From: Anaerococcus sp.
Lineage (GTDB): Bacteria > Bacillota > Clostridia > Tissierellales > Peptoniphilaceae
Assembly: GCA_030532385.1 (NCBI GenBank)
Contig: JAUNLG010000002.1
Coordinates: forward strand, 28,992 to 92,991
Reading direction: 5' to 3'
DNA: 64,000 nt
Shown here in pieces: positions 9,711-19,462 of the stretch; position 1 is the stretch's first letter, and every line of letters begins with the position of its first letter. The notes under the pieces are model-generated. The model did no database searches, was not told the origin of the DNA, and saw nothing but the letters and a program-made list of their open reading frames with translations. The position numbers were made by a program, and so were the translations under genes.

Positions 9711-11390
9711 ATGGCTTACGATTTACCAAAAGATTTAGAAGAATTTAGAAAGGTCGTTAGAGATTTTGCTGAGGAGAAGATTAAACCTATAGCTTATCAC
9801 TTAGACCAAGCAAAAGAATTCCCTAAAGAAATTGTAAAAGAACTTGGGGAAATGGGAATTATGGGAATTCCTTTTTCTGAACAATATGGTGGAGCAGGAC
9901 TTACAAATGAGCATTATGCTATAGCTGTAGAAGAGTTATCAAGAGTAGATGCAGGTGTAGGTGTTATCGTTTCAGCCCACACATCTTTAGGTACTTGGGG
10001 ACTTAATGAGTGGGGTAGTGAAGAACAAAAGGAAAAATACCTAAGGCCACTTCTTACAGGAAAGTCAGTTGGTGGTTTTGGACTAACAGAAGATAACGCT
10101 GGATCTGACTCAGCTGGAACAGAAACAACAGCTGTCCTAGAAGGAGACCATTATATCCTAAATGGTAAAAAGATCTTTATAACAAATGCCCCAGAAGCTC
10201 AAACTTATCTTGTAACAGCAGTTACAACACCAGGTAAGGGAAACCACGGTATTTCAATGTTTATTGTAGATAAGGACTTTGAAGGATTTACCTTCTCAGA
10301 ACCATATGATAAGCTAGGAATTAGATCATCTATTACAGCAGAGCTTCACTTTAAGGATGTTAAGGTTCCAAAAGAAAACCTATTAGGTGAAGAAGGCAAG
10401 GGCTTTAAGTATGCTATGATGATTCTTGATGGTGGTAGGATTGGTATAGCTTCCCAAGCCTTAGGTATAGCCCAAGGAGCTTATGAATCTGCCAAAGAAT
10501 ATGGTCTAGCTCGTGAACAATTTGGCCAAGCTATAGCAAGGATGCAACATAATACCTTTGTATTAGCAGATATGGCTACAGAGCTTAAGGCAGCAAGACT
10601 ACTAATTTATGATGCAGCAAGAAAGAAAGATAAGCATGTACCATATGGTATGGATGCTGCTATGGCAAAACTTTATGCATCAGACCTTGCAGAAGAAATT
10701 ACAAGTAAAGCCCTACAAATGTATGGTGGTTCAGGATTTATCAAGGGTGTAGATGTTGAAAGATTCTACAGAGACTCAAAGATCACCCAAATTTATGAAG
10801 GAACAAATGAAATAATGAGAGTTGTAATAGGCTCATATATCCTTCCAAGAGTTAAAAAAGAAAAGAGAGAAAGAACAAAGACAAAACAATCTCAAGTAGG
10901 AGATAGAAAAAAGAAAATCTTTAAGGGTGATCCAAAAGAAGCTGCCAAAAACCTAGTAGAAGCTTTAAAGGCTGATGGATTTAACTTTGATAACAAAGAT
11001 GTTGATGCAAATGGACCAATCTTAGAAGCTGAGAGAGTTGTAGTAGCTGGTATGGGAATTGGTGAAGACCAAAATATGGAATTAATCAAAGACCTTGCCA
11101 AAGAAAGTGGAGCAGTAGTTTCAGCAACAAGACCTGCAGCTCAAGTTAGAGGATATGTTCCATCTGACAGATATATTGGATTATCAGGTACAGACTTTAA
11201 GGGAAAACTTTATATTGGTGTAGGTGTATCAGGAGCTATGCAACACCTAAAGGGTATCAAGGATGCAGGAACAATTGTTGTAATTAACAATGATGAATCA
11301 GCAGATTTCTTTGAAAACACTGACTATGGTATAGTAGGAGACTTCCACAAGGTAGTTCCAGCACTAATTGAAGAAATTAAAAATGCATAA
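9711..11390 (+). CDS. Acyl-CoA (butyryl-CoA-like) dehydrogenase fused to the ETF-alpha FAD-binding domain
   Basis: GLTEDNAGSD, GKKIFITN, KLGIRSS, REQFG and IYEGTNE in roughly the first 380 aa; C-terminal ATRPA, IGLSG, LYIGVGVSGAMQH, VINND, DYGIVGD. Confidence 0.9.
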   Translation: MAYDLPKDLEEFRKVVRDFAEEKIKPIAYHLDQAKEFPKEIVKELGEMGIMGIPFSEQYGGAGLTNEHYAIAVEELSRVDAGVGVIVSAHTSLGTWGLNEWGSEEQKEKYLRPLLTGKSVGGFGLTEDNAGSDSAGTETTAVLEGDHYILNGKKIFITNAPEAQTYLVTAVTTPGKGNHGISMFIVDKDFEGFTFSEPYDKLGIRSSITAELHFKDVKVPKENLLGEEGKGFKYAMMILDGGRIGIASQALGIAQGAYESAKEYGLAREQFGQAIARMQHNTFVLADMATELKAARLLIYDAARKKDKHVPYGMDAAMAKLYASDLAEEITSKALQMYGGSGFIKGVDVERFYRDSKITQIYEGTNEIMRVVIGSYILPRVKKEKRERTKTKQSQVGDRKKKIFKGDPKEAAKNLVEALKADGFNFDNKDVDANGPILEAERVVVAGMGIGEDQNMELIKDLAKESGAVVSATRPAAQVRGYVPSDRYIGLSGTDFKGKLYIGVGVSGAMQHLKGIKDAGTIVVINNDESADFFENTDYGIVGDFHKVVPALIEEIKNA

Positions 11391-11431
11391 AAAAAAATAT
11401 AGATAAATAAAAATTTAAAAACCCTACTTTT

Positions 11432-11466
11432 AACCGAGGAAGATTAAAAAATCTCCTCGGTTTTTT
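11432..11466 (+). terminator. Rho-independent terminator
   Basis: AACCGAGGA...TCCTCGGTT stem plus T tract. Confidence 0.8.
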
Positions 11467-11721
11467 ATATTAATATAAGAAAACTTACTTAGAAGGACTT
11501 AATATTATTATCTTCCTTAAATTTCAATATTTATTCTTCTTTTCTACTTCAATTTATAAATTAACTTTGACAAAAAGACCTAATAATTTTTAATCTTTAG
11601 TAATAAATAATGTTAAGCTAAATGTAAAATACCTTTTCCCTTCAGCAAATAATAAATGGTTAAAGATTGATATTGCAATAAATTAGACAATATTTTACAT
11701 AAAAAAATGTTTTCATATGGT

Positions 11722-11749
11722 TTGACATCCTTAAAAAATTGGATACAAT
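11722..11749 (+). promoter_or_regulatory. SigA promoter of nifJ
   Basis: TTGACA-N16-TACAAT. Confidence 0.65.
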
Positions 11750-11847
11750 TAAAGTAATCAAAACTATGGTGCGTTGAAGTTATTAATACTTTATTTGCAA
11801 ACCATTGCTTAAGATTGAACACTAGTAAGTATTTTTAAGGAGGAATT

Positions 11848-14800
11848 ATGGAAAAAATTTTTAAGACTATGGATGGTAACGAAGCAGCAAGTCATATTGC
11901 CTATGGTTTAACCGACATAGCTGCTATATATCCAATCACCCCATCTTCACCAATGGCTGAACATACAGATGAATGGTCAGTTGCTGGTAGGAAGAATATT
12001 TTTGGCCAAGAAGTTGAATTAATAGAGATGCAAGCTGAATCAGGTGCTATAGCTGCAGTTCATGGAGCTGTTGAAACAGGTGCCTTGGCTACAACCTTCA
12101 CTTCATCGCAAGGATTATTATTGATGATTCCAACCATGTATAGGATTGCTGGTCAAGCCATGCCTGCGGTAATGCATGTGGCAGGTAGGACTGTTGGTAC
12201 AAACAACCTTTCTATCTACGGAGACCAATCAGATGTTTATGCATGTAGGCAAACAGGCTTTGCTCAATTAGGATCAAGTAATGTCCAAGAATGTATGGAC
12301 CTAGGTGCTATTGCTCACTTATCTGCAATCAAGGGTTCACTTCCATTTATGCACTTTTTTGATGGATTTAGGACAAGCCATGAGATTCAAAAGATTGAGG
12401 TCCTAGACTATGATATCTTGGATGAATTGGTTGACCATGAGGCTATTACTAGATTTAGAAATAGGGCTCTTAATCCAAATAATTCATTCTCAAGGTCAGA
12501 AGTTGCAAAACCTGAAGTATTTTTCCAACAAAGAGAAGCTATCAATCCTTTATATAATAATCTTTCTGATATTGTTGAAGATTATATGGATAAGCTTGGA
12601 GATAAGACTGGAAGATATTATAAACCATTTATGTATTATGGTCCTGAAGATGCTGAGCATGTTGTAATTGCTATGGGTTCAGTGGCAGGAGCTATAGAAG
12701 AGGTTGTAGATTACCTAAGTGCTAAGGGAGAGAAGGTAGGATTTTTAAAAGTTGTTTTATATAGGCCATTTGACCAAGAAAAATTATTAAAGACCCTACC
12801 AGAAACTGCTAAATACATAACAGTCCTTGATAGAACAAAAGAAGCAGGCGCAGGTGGAGAACCTCTATACTTAGATGTAAGTGCAGCTTTAAAAGAAAGA
12901 GAAGGAATTGAAAAGATCGTTGGTGGTAGATATGGTATATCAAGCAAGGATACAACTACAGGCCAAATGCTTGCTGTTTTTGAAAATTCCCTATCAAAAA
13001 CCTTCAAAAATGGATTTACAGTCGGTATAAAAGATGACTTAACCCATTTATCTTTGGACTTTGATGATTCTTTAGACCTTGTAAGTGATGATGTAGTATC
13101 TTGTAAGTTCTGGGGCTTTGGATCTGATGGTACAGTTGGAGCTAATAAAAACTCAATTAAGATTATAGGTGATAATACAAATAAAAATGTACAAGCCTAC
13201 TTTGAATATGATGCTAAAAAATCTGGTGGAGTAACAAGAAGCCACTTAAGATTTGGAGATTCACCAATTAGAGGCTCCTACCTTGTTAAAAATGGAGACT
13301 TTATAGCTTGTCATAACCAATCTTATATAGAAAAATATGATATAGTCCAAGAAGTTAAACCAGGTGGAACCTTCCTTCTTAACTGCATGTGGAGTGAAGA
13401 AGAATTAGACGAGAAGCTTCCTTCTGCTGTTAAAAAATATATCTATGCTAATAATATTAACTTTTATATTATCAATGCTATAGATATTGCAAAACAAATA
13501 GGTCTTGGAAATAGGACAAATACTATCCTTCAATCAGCCTTCTTCTACCTAGCAAATATCATTGACTTTGACCTTGCTAAAGAAAAGATGAAAGAAGCAA
13601 ATGAGAAATCCTATGGCAGGAAGGGTCAAAACATTGTCGATATGAACAATAAGGCAGTAGACCTAGGGTATCAAAATCTAGTTAAGGTAAGTATACCTGA
13701 CTCATGGGAGAATCCTGAAGATGATCCAGTTAGAGTTATAGGCAATACTGACTATATGAGACAGATTGGTGATGCTGTTCTTAAACTTAAGGGTGATGAC
13801 CTACCGGTAAGTGCCTTTGCTGATTACCTTGATGGAACAATGCCTTCTGGAACTTCTAAGTTTGAAAAAAGAGGAGTTGCAACCCAAGTTCCTGTTTGGA
13901 TTAAAGAAAATTGTATCCAATGTAACCAATGTGCCTTTGTCTGTCCTCATGCAGCTATAAGATCTTTCTTATTAACTGAAGAAGAAGCTGAAAATGCTCC
14001 TGAAGGTTATAAGTATAAGGATGCTATTGGCAAGGGAATGGATGAGTATAAGTTTGCAATTACAGTTGACACATTAGACTGCTATGGATGTGGAGTTTGT
14101 GTAAACCAATGTCCAGCTAAGGAAAAGGCCCTAGTATTTGAAAGATTTGACTACCAAGAAGCAGATCCAACAGATTGGGAATATTCAATAAACCTATCCC
14201 ATAAGGATAATCCACTCGATAAGTTTAGCCTAAAGGGAAGCCAATTTGAGCAACCACTTATAGAATTTTCTGGTGCTTGCGCAGGTTGTGGTGAAACTGC
14301 ATATATGAAGATTATGACCCAATTATTTGGCGATAAGATGATTATTGCAAATGCAACAGGATGTTCACAAGCTTGGGGCTTTACAACACCAGGTATCCCA
14401 TATACAAGAAACTGGCAAAATAAAGGACCAGCCTTATCAAACTCATTATTTGAAAACAATGCTGAGTTCTCACTTGGTATGACCCTATCAGTAAAACAAC
14501 AAAGAAAGAGATTAAGGAAGAAGGTTGAAGAACTTGTAAGCCTAGTAGATCAAGGTTCAGACCTACACGCGCTTTCTAACGAATGGTTAAATAACTACGA
14601 CTCTAAAGAATTAAATGGAGAAATATCAGATAGGCTAGTAGCTGAACTAGAAGCTAATAAACTTGATGGAAGAGCAGAAGTTTTAAGAAGAGAATTAGTT
14701 GATGAGAAAAACAACCTATCATATAAATCTATGTGGATGTATGGTGGAGATGGTTGGGCTTATGACATAGGTTATGGTGGCCTAGACCATGTCCTAAATA

Positions 14801-15372
14801 CAGGAGAAGATGTAAATATCCTTGTAGTAGATACAGAAGTTTATTCTAATACAGGCGGTCAAGCATCAAAGGCTACACAAATAGGAGCTGTGGCTAAGTT
14901 TGCTGCTGGTGGTAAACAACAAAGGAAAAAAGACCTAGCCCTACTTGCAATGAACTATGAAAATGTCTATGTTGCAAAAGTAAGTCTTGGTGCAAATCCT
15001 AACCACTTAGTAAAAGCTTTAAAGGAAGCTGAAGCCCATGATGGTCCATCAATCCTAGTAGCCTATGCTCCATGTATAACCCATGGAATGAAAGGTGGTA
15101 TGGCTAATTCATTAATTACAGCTAAGGATGCAGTTGATGTAGGTTATTGGCACTTATTTAGGTATAATCCAGCCTTAAAGGCAGAAGGAAAGAATCCATT
15201 TATCCTAGATTCTAAAGAGCCTAATTATAATCTAATTGATTACATGCAAGGACAAACAAGATTTGCTTCCTTATTAAAGACAAATCCAGAAATTGCAGAT
15301 AAATTGGCAAAGGGTGCTGTAGAAGCTGCGAAAGATAAATATGCCCAATATAAAAAATTAGCAGAAGATTAA
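11848..15372 (+). CDS. nifJ: Pyruvate:ferredoxin (flavodoxin) oxidoreductase
   Basis: YPITPSS, FFDGFRTSHE, GSDGTVGANK, two CxxCxxCxxxCP ferredoxin motifs, GACAGCGE, GGDGWAYDIG. Confidence 0.96.
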   Translation: MEKIFKTMDGNEAASHIAYGLTDIAAIYPITPSSPMAEHTDEWSVAGRKNIFGQEVELIEMQAESGAIAAVHGAVETGALATTFTSSQGLLLMIPTMYRIAGQAMPAVMHVAGRTVGTNNLSIYGDQSDVYACRQTGFAQLGSSNVQECMDLGAIAHLSAIKGSLPFMHFFDGFRTSHEIQKIEVLDYDILDELVDHEAITRFRNRALNPNNSFSRSEVAKPEVFFQQREAINPLYNNLSDIVEDYMDKLGDKTGRYYKPFMYYGPEDAEHVVIAMGSVAGAIEEVVDYLSAKGEKVGFLKVVLYRPFDQEKLLKTLPETAKYITVLDRTKEAGAGGEPLYLDVSAALKEREGIEKIVGGRYGISSKDTTTGQMLAVFENSLSKTFKNGFTVGIKDDLTHLSLDFDDSLDLVSDDVVSCKFWGFGSDGTVGANKNSIKIIGDNTNKNVQAYFEYDAKKSGGVTRSHLRFGDSPIRGSYLVKNGDFIACHNQSYIEKYDIVQEVKPGGTFLLNCMWSEEELDEKLPSAVKKYIYANNINFYIINAIDIAKQIGLGNRTNTILQSAFFYLANIIDFDLAKEKMKEANEKSYGRKGQNIVDMNNKAVDLGYQNLVKVSIPDSWENPEDDPVRVIGNTDYMRQIGDAVLKLKGDDLPVSAFADYLDGTMPSGTSKFEKRGVATQVPVWIKENCIQCNQCAFVCPHAAIRSFLLTEEEAENAPEGYKYKDAIGKGMDEYKFAITVDTLDCYGCGVCVNQCPAKEKALVFERFDYQEADPTDWEYSINLSHKDNPLDKFSLKGSQFEQPLIEFSGACAGCGETAYMKIMTQLFGDKMIIANATGCSQAWGFTTPGIPYTRNWQNKGPALSNSLFENNAEFSLGMTLSVKQQRKRLRKKVEELVSLVDQGSDLHALSNEWLNNYDSKELNGEISDRLVAELEANKLDGRAEVLRRELVDEKNNLSYKSMWMYGGDGWAYDIGYGGLDHVLNTGEDVNILVVDTEVYSNTGGQASKATQIGAVAKFAAGGKQQRKKDLALLAMNYENVYVAKVSLGANPNHLVKALKEAEAHDGPSILVAYAPCITHGMKGGMANSLITAKDAVDVGYWHLFRYNPALKAEGKNPFILDSKEPNYNLIDYMQGQTRFASLLKTNPEIADKLAKGAVEAAKDKYAQYKKLAED

Positions 15373-15382
15373 AAAATGCCTT

Positions 15383-15428
15383 AAAGGTGATTGGAGATAG
15401 GATACCTATCTTCCGGTCACCTTTTTTT
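15383..15428 (+). terminator. Rho-independent terminator
   Basis: Long AAAGGTGATTGGAGATAGG/CCTATCTTCCGGTCACCTTT hairpin plus T tract. Confidence 0.8.
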
Positions 15429-15548
15429 ATCCTAGAAACTTTGTATATTTTTAAACTAATGAAAAAAACTTTTTTATAAAAAAAATTACCGATTTGTCTT
15501 AAAAAATTCTAGAAAAATCCTGGGTTTAGATGTTGGGATTTCAACTAT

Positions 15549-15616
15549 ATAAGTTTTAACTTATGGATTTTATAAAAAAATATTAATTTTACTAATACAA
15601 ACGTTTTCTATATAAT
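15549..15616 (+). promoter_or_regulatory. aspA promoter with upstream dyad (candidate LysR recognition site)
   Basis: ATAAGTT-TT-AACTTAT inverted repeat at 15549-15564; TTTACT(15588-15593)-N17-TATAAT(15611-15616). Confidence 0.55.
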
Positions 15617-15666
15617 GACATTGTAAGAGCTTACAAGTATTTATAAGAATAAAATGGAGGATTTTA

Positions 15667-17064
15667 ATGACAGAATTTCGTAAAGAAAAAGACTCAGTTG
15701 GACAAATCGATGTATTAAAGGATGCCTACTATGGTGCAAACGCACAAAGAGCTAAGGAAAACTTCCAAATAACAGGCCAAAAGGTAGACCCTAAATTTTT
15801 AGAAGCAATGGTTGAAGTTAAGAAGGCTGCAGCTATTGAAAATGAAAAAATAGGCTTACTTACAAAAGATCAAAAAGATGCGATCCTTTATGCATGCGAT
15901 AAAATCCTAGAGGGAGAATACATAGATAACTTTATAGTTGATCCAATCCAAGGTGGAGCTGGTACAAGCTTTAATATGAATACCAATGAAGTAATAGCAA
16001 ATATTGCCAATGAAAAACTTGGTGGAGGCTTAGGCCAATATGATAAGGTTCACCCAAATGACCATGTTAATAATGGACAATCTACCAATGACATGATTCC
16101 TACAAGTGGAAAAATTGCCCTTATAAGATATTTTAAAGAATTAAAGGTAGAAATAGAAGAATTAATAAAATCCTTAGACAAAAAGGGCGATGAATTCAAA
16201 GATGTTTTCAAAATGGGTCGTACTCAATTACAAGATGCAATCCCAATGAGCCTAGGCCAAGAGTTTAATGCTTATTCATCTGTTATAAGAAGAGATTATA
16301 AGAGGATGGATAAGGCTATAGAAGCTTTATCTAGTGTTAACTTTGGTGGAACTGCTATTGGTACTGGCTTAAATGCTGATACTACATATGTTAATGAAAT
16401 AGTTGATGTACTTAGGGAAATAACAGGACTTGACTTAAAGCAAAGTGAAGATCTTATAGATGGTACCCAAAACTTAGATGGTTTTGTTTTTGCTTCTTCA
16501 ATCCTAAAAACCCTTGCTGTATCCTTATCAAAAATATCAAATGACTTAAGATTAATGTCTTCAGGTCCACAAACTGGTATAGGTGATATCAACCTTCCTG
16601 TTAGACAAGCTGGATCATCAATTATGCCAGGAAAGGTAAACCCAGTTATACCAGAGGTAGTAAACCAAGTTGCCTTTGCAGTAGTTGGAAATGACACAAC
16701 AGTTACTATGGCAGTAGAAGCAGGTCAACTTGAACTAAATGCCTTTGAACCAGTAATCTTTTATAAATTATTTGAATCTTTAAGAGCATTAAAGGGAGGA
16801 ATAAATACCCTAAGAATCAACTGTATTGATGGAATAACAGCAAACAAAGATAGTCTATTAGAGGAAGTTGAAAAATCAGTAGGTCTAGTAACAGCCCTAG
16901 CTCCACATATAGGATATGATAAGTCAAGTATGATCGCTCATAAGGCTCAAGAAACAGGCAAGTCTGTAAGAGAATTAGTCTTAGAAGAAGGACTTATGGA
17001 TGAAAAAGAATTAGAAAAAGTTCTTGACTTTAAAAAAATGATCACACCTGGCATTATAGATTAG
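15667..17064 (+). CDS. aspA: Aspartate ammonia-lyase
   Basis: QGGAGTSFNMN, QSTND, KMGRTQLQDA, GSSIMPGKVNPVIPE, GQLELN. Confidence 0.93.
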   Translation: MTEFRKEKDSVGQIDVLKDAYYGANAQRAKENFQITGQKVDPKFLEAMVEVKKAAAIENEKIGLLTKDQKDAILYACDKILEGEYIDNFIVDPIQGGAGTSFNMNTNEVIANIANEKLGGGLGQYDKVHPNDHVNNGQSTNDMIPTSGKIALIRYFKELKVEIEELIKSLDKKGDEFKDVFKMGRTQLQDAIPMSLGQEFNAYSSVIRRDYKRMDKAIEALSSVNFGGTAIGTGLNADTTYVNEIVDVLREITGLDLKQSEDLIDGTQNLDGFVFASSILKTLAVSLSKISNDLRLMSSGPQTGIGDINLPVRQAGSSIMPGKVNPVIPEVVNQVAFAVVGNDTTVTMAVEAGQLELNAFEPVIFYKLFESLRALKGGINTLRINCIDGITANKDSLLEEVEKSVGLVTALAPHIGYDKSSMIAHKAQETGKSVRELVLEEGLMDEKELEKVLDFKKMITPGIID

Positions 17065-17082
17065 GAAATATGGAGGATACTT

Positions 17083-18384
17083 GTGACCAATAATAAAAAA
17101 GCAAAGATGAACCCTACTAAAAAAATCCTATTTGCCATGCTTATTGGATTATTAGTAGGAATTGCACTACACTACTTAGTGCCAGCTGGAGATTTTAAGC
17201 AAAATATACTTGTTGATGGTGTCTTTTTCCTCTTTGGCCAAGGTTTTATTAGACTCTTACAAATGCTTGTAGTACCTTTGGTATTTTTCTCAATAGGTAC
17301 TGGAGTTATGCAAATGAGAGATATCTCTCAATTTGGAAGGGTTGCAGTAAGAACACTGTTATTATATTTTTTCACAACAGCTATAGCTATAGCCATAGCC
17401 TTATTTATATCAAAGCTATTTAAGCCTGGTATAGGTATGGACCTTGCCCAAGCTAGCAATTCAGCAAATTCTGGGGCAGATGTTGCACCACCTACATTAA
17501 TTGAGACTTTAGTAAATATTATTCCGAAAAACCCGATAGAATCATTAGCAAATGGAGATATGCTCCAAGTTATCTTCTGGGCTTTTATGACAGGAATAGT
17601 AGTTGGTAGGTTTGCAACAGAATTAAAATTATTAGAAGATTTCATGGAAGTTGGAAATACCTTTATGATGAAGGTTACATCAATGGTTATGAAGGCAGCA
17701 CCTGTAGGTGTATTTGCTCTTATAGCAAGAACTTTCACAGACATAGGTCTTGGTATAGTAGGTCCTTTACTAACCTTCCTAGGATCAGTATTAGGGTCAA
17801 TGGTTATACTTATCCTTCTAGCCTACCTTCCACTTATAGCTATAAGTTCTAAATCTTCACCAAGCCATTTCCTAAAAAAGATTTTCCCAGTGTATACTTT
17901 TGCATTTTCATCAGCTTCATCAAATGCAACTATACCACTAACCCTATCAGCTTGTGATAGCTTGGGAGTACCAAGAGAAATTTCATCATTTACAATTCCT
18001 CTAGGGGCTACTATAAATATGAATGGTACAGCAATCTATCAAGGATGTGCAGTTATATTTATAGCAAATGCCTTTGGAATAGACCTTACCTTTGGGGACC
18101 TTGTAACAGTAATACTTACAGCAGTTTTATCATCAGTTGGTACTGCAGGAGTTCCAGGAAGTGGAATGATAATGTTATCAATGGTTCTATCATCAGTTGG
18201 ACTTCCAGTAGAAGGAGTTAGTCTAATAATGAGTGTGGAAAGAATAGTAGATATGTTTAGAACAGCTCTTAATGTTACAGGTGATGTCGTAGCTACATTT
18301 ATTTCTGCAAACATGGAGAAGTTAATCGATAAGGCTAGGTACCTATCAGATGAAAAGCCAATGATGGAGGAGGTTGATTTTTAG
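17083..18384 (+). CDS. Dicarboxylate/amino acid:cation symporter (DAACS, GltP-like)
   Basis: AFSSASSNATIP, PLGATINMNGT, SVGTAGVPG, DMFRTALNVTGD. Confidence 0.92.
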   Translation: MTNNKKAKMNPTKKILFAMLIGLLVGIALHYLVPAGDFKQNILVDGVFFLFGQGFIRLLQMLVVPLVFFSIGTGVMQMRDISQFGRVAVRTLLLYFFTTAIAIAIALFISKLFKPGIGMDLAQASNSANSGADVAPPTLIETLVNIIPKNPIESLANGDMLQVIFWAFMTGIVVGRFATELKLLEDFMEVGNTFMMKVTSMVMKAAPVGVFALIARTFTDIGLGIVGPLLTFLGSVLGSMVILILLAYLPLIAISSKSSPSHFLKKIFPVYTFAFSSASSNATIPLTLSACDSLGVPREISSFTIPLGATINMNGTAIYQGCAVIFIANAFGIDLTFGDLVTVILTAVLSSVGTAGVPGSGMIMLSMVLSSVGLPVEGVSLIMSVERIVDMFRTALNVTGDVVATFISANMEKLIDKARYLSDEKPMMEEVDF

Positions 18385-18536
18385 TAAAATATCCTTATAG
18401 GCTAAGAATCAAGAAAAAATAGAAATCTTTTTTGACAAAATGGACAAAGACTGAAACAATTGATTAAAGGCTAGGAGTGATTAGCTAAGAGGATAAACTT
18501 TTAGGATCAGCCTAAATATAAATATAAGGAAAAGGT

Positions 18537-19451
18537 ATGTCTGAAAAAGATTTGGAATATATAAAAAAGATATTAGAAAATGGATCGATAACAGAGGCTT
18601 CAAAAAAAATCTACATATCCCAATCAGCCTTAAGTCAACATATAATAAGGCTTGAAAAAAAATTAGGAGTGGAGATTTTTGATAGGGAAACAAAGCCTAT
18701 AAGGCTTACCCAGGCTGGAAAAATTTATAAAAAATCTTTGGAAGATATAGAAAACTTAAAAGAGGAAACGCTTTTAAAAATAGAAGACCTGAACAATTTG
18801 AAGATAGGGGAGATTTCTATAGGTTCAACTGATTATCAGACCTATTATTTCCTAACCAAGGTTTTAAGAGAATTTAATAATAAGTATCCTGGTATAAAAG
18901 TAAACCTAATAGAAGGTAAGACAGACCAGCTAAATAGGTTTGCCATAAAGGGTATATGTGACTTTTCTCTAACCTATATGACAGATAAGTATGATGATTT
19001 AGAAAGTATCAACCTATATAGGGAGGACTTGTTTGTAGGAATAAATAAGAAAAATCCCCTAATTCAAAAATTGAAGTATAAAAACGAAAACCCACTTTTA
19101 ATTAATGCTAATATGCTTAAGGGACAAAATATAGTAAGGATGAAGAAAGGACAAAATCTAATCCTCCAATACCAGGAATTAGATAAATTTACTGAAAATT
19201 CACTAAAAACAGTCCTAGAAACAGACTCTGTATTTATTGCCCTTAAAGCTGTAAAGGAAAATTTGGGCCTGGCAATCTTGCCAGAATTTATGGTAAAAGA
19301 AGGCCATGATGATATTATTTTTCTAAAATTAAGGGAGGAACTATCATCAAGGACAACTGTAATAAATTATTCAAAACACCATAAACTAAAAAGAATAGAG
19401 AAAATTTTTATCCAAATGCTAGACACTTATGCCAAGAATGAATTTTATTAA
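18537..19451 (+). CDS. LysR-family transcriptional regulator
   Basis: GSITEASKKIYISQSALSQHIIRLEKKLGVEIFDR HTH; LTQAG. Confidence 0.93.
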   Translation: MSEKDLEYIKKILENGSITEASKKIYISQSALSQHIIRLEKKLGVEIFDRETKPIRLTQAGKIYKKSLEDIENLKEETLLKIEDLNNLKIGEISIGSTDYQTYYFLTKVLREFNNKYPGIKVNLIEGKTDQLNRFAIKGICDFSLTYMTDKYDDLESINLYREDLFVGINKKNPLIQKLKYKNENPLLINANMLKGQNIVRMKKGQNLILQYQELDKFTENSLKTVLETDSVFIALKAVKENLGLAILPEFMVKEGHDDIIFLKLREELSSRTTVINYSKHHKLKRIEKIFIQMLDTYAKNEFY

Positions 19452-19462
19452 TGAGGTTATAA

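Noticed and set aside
11613-11822. 69-aa minus-strand ORF in the nifJ upstream region
   Set aside because: It overlaps the nifJ promoter and leader, has no clear RBS and has an implausible composition.
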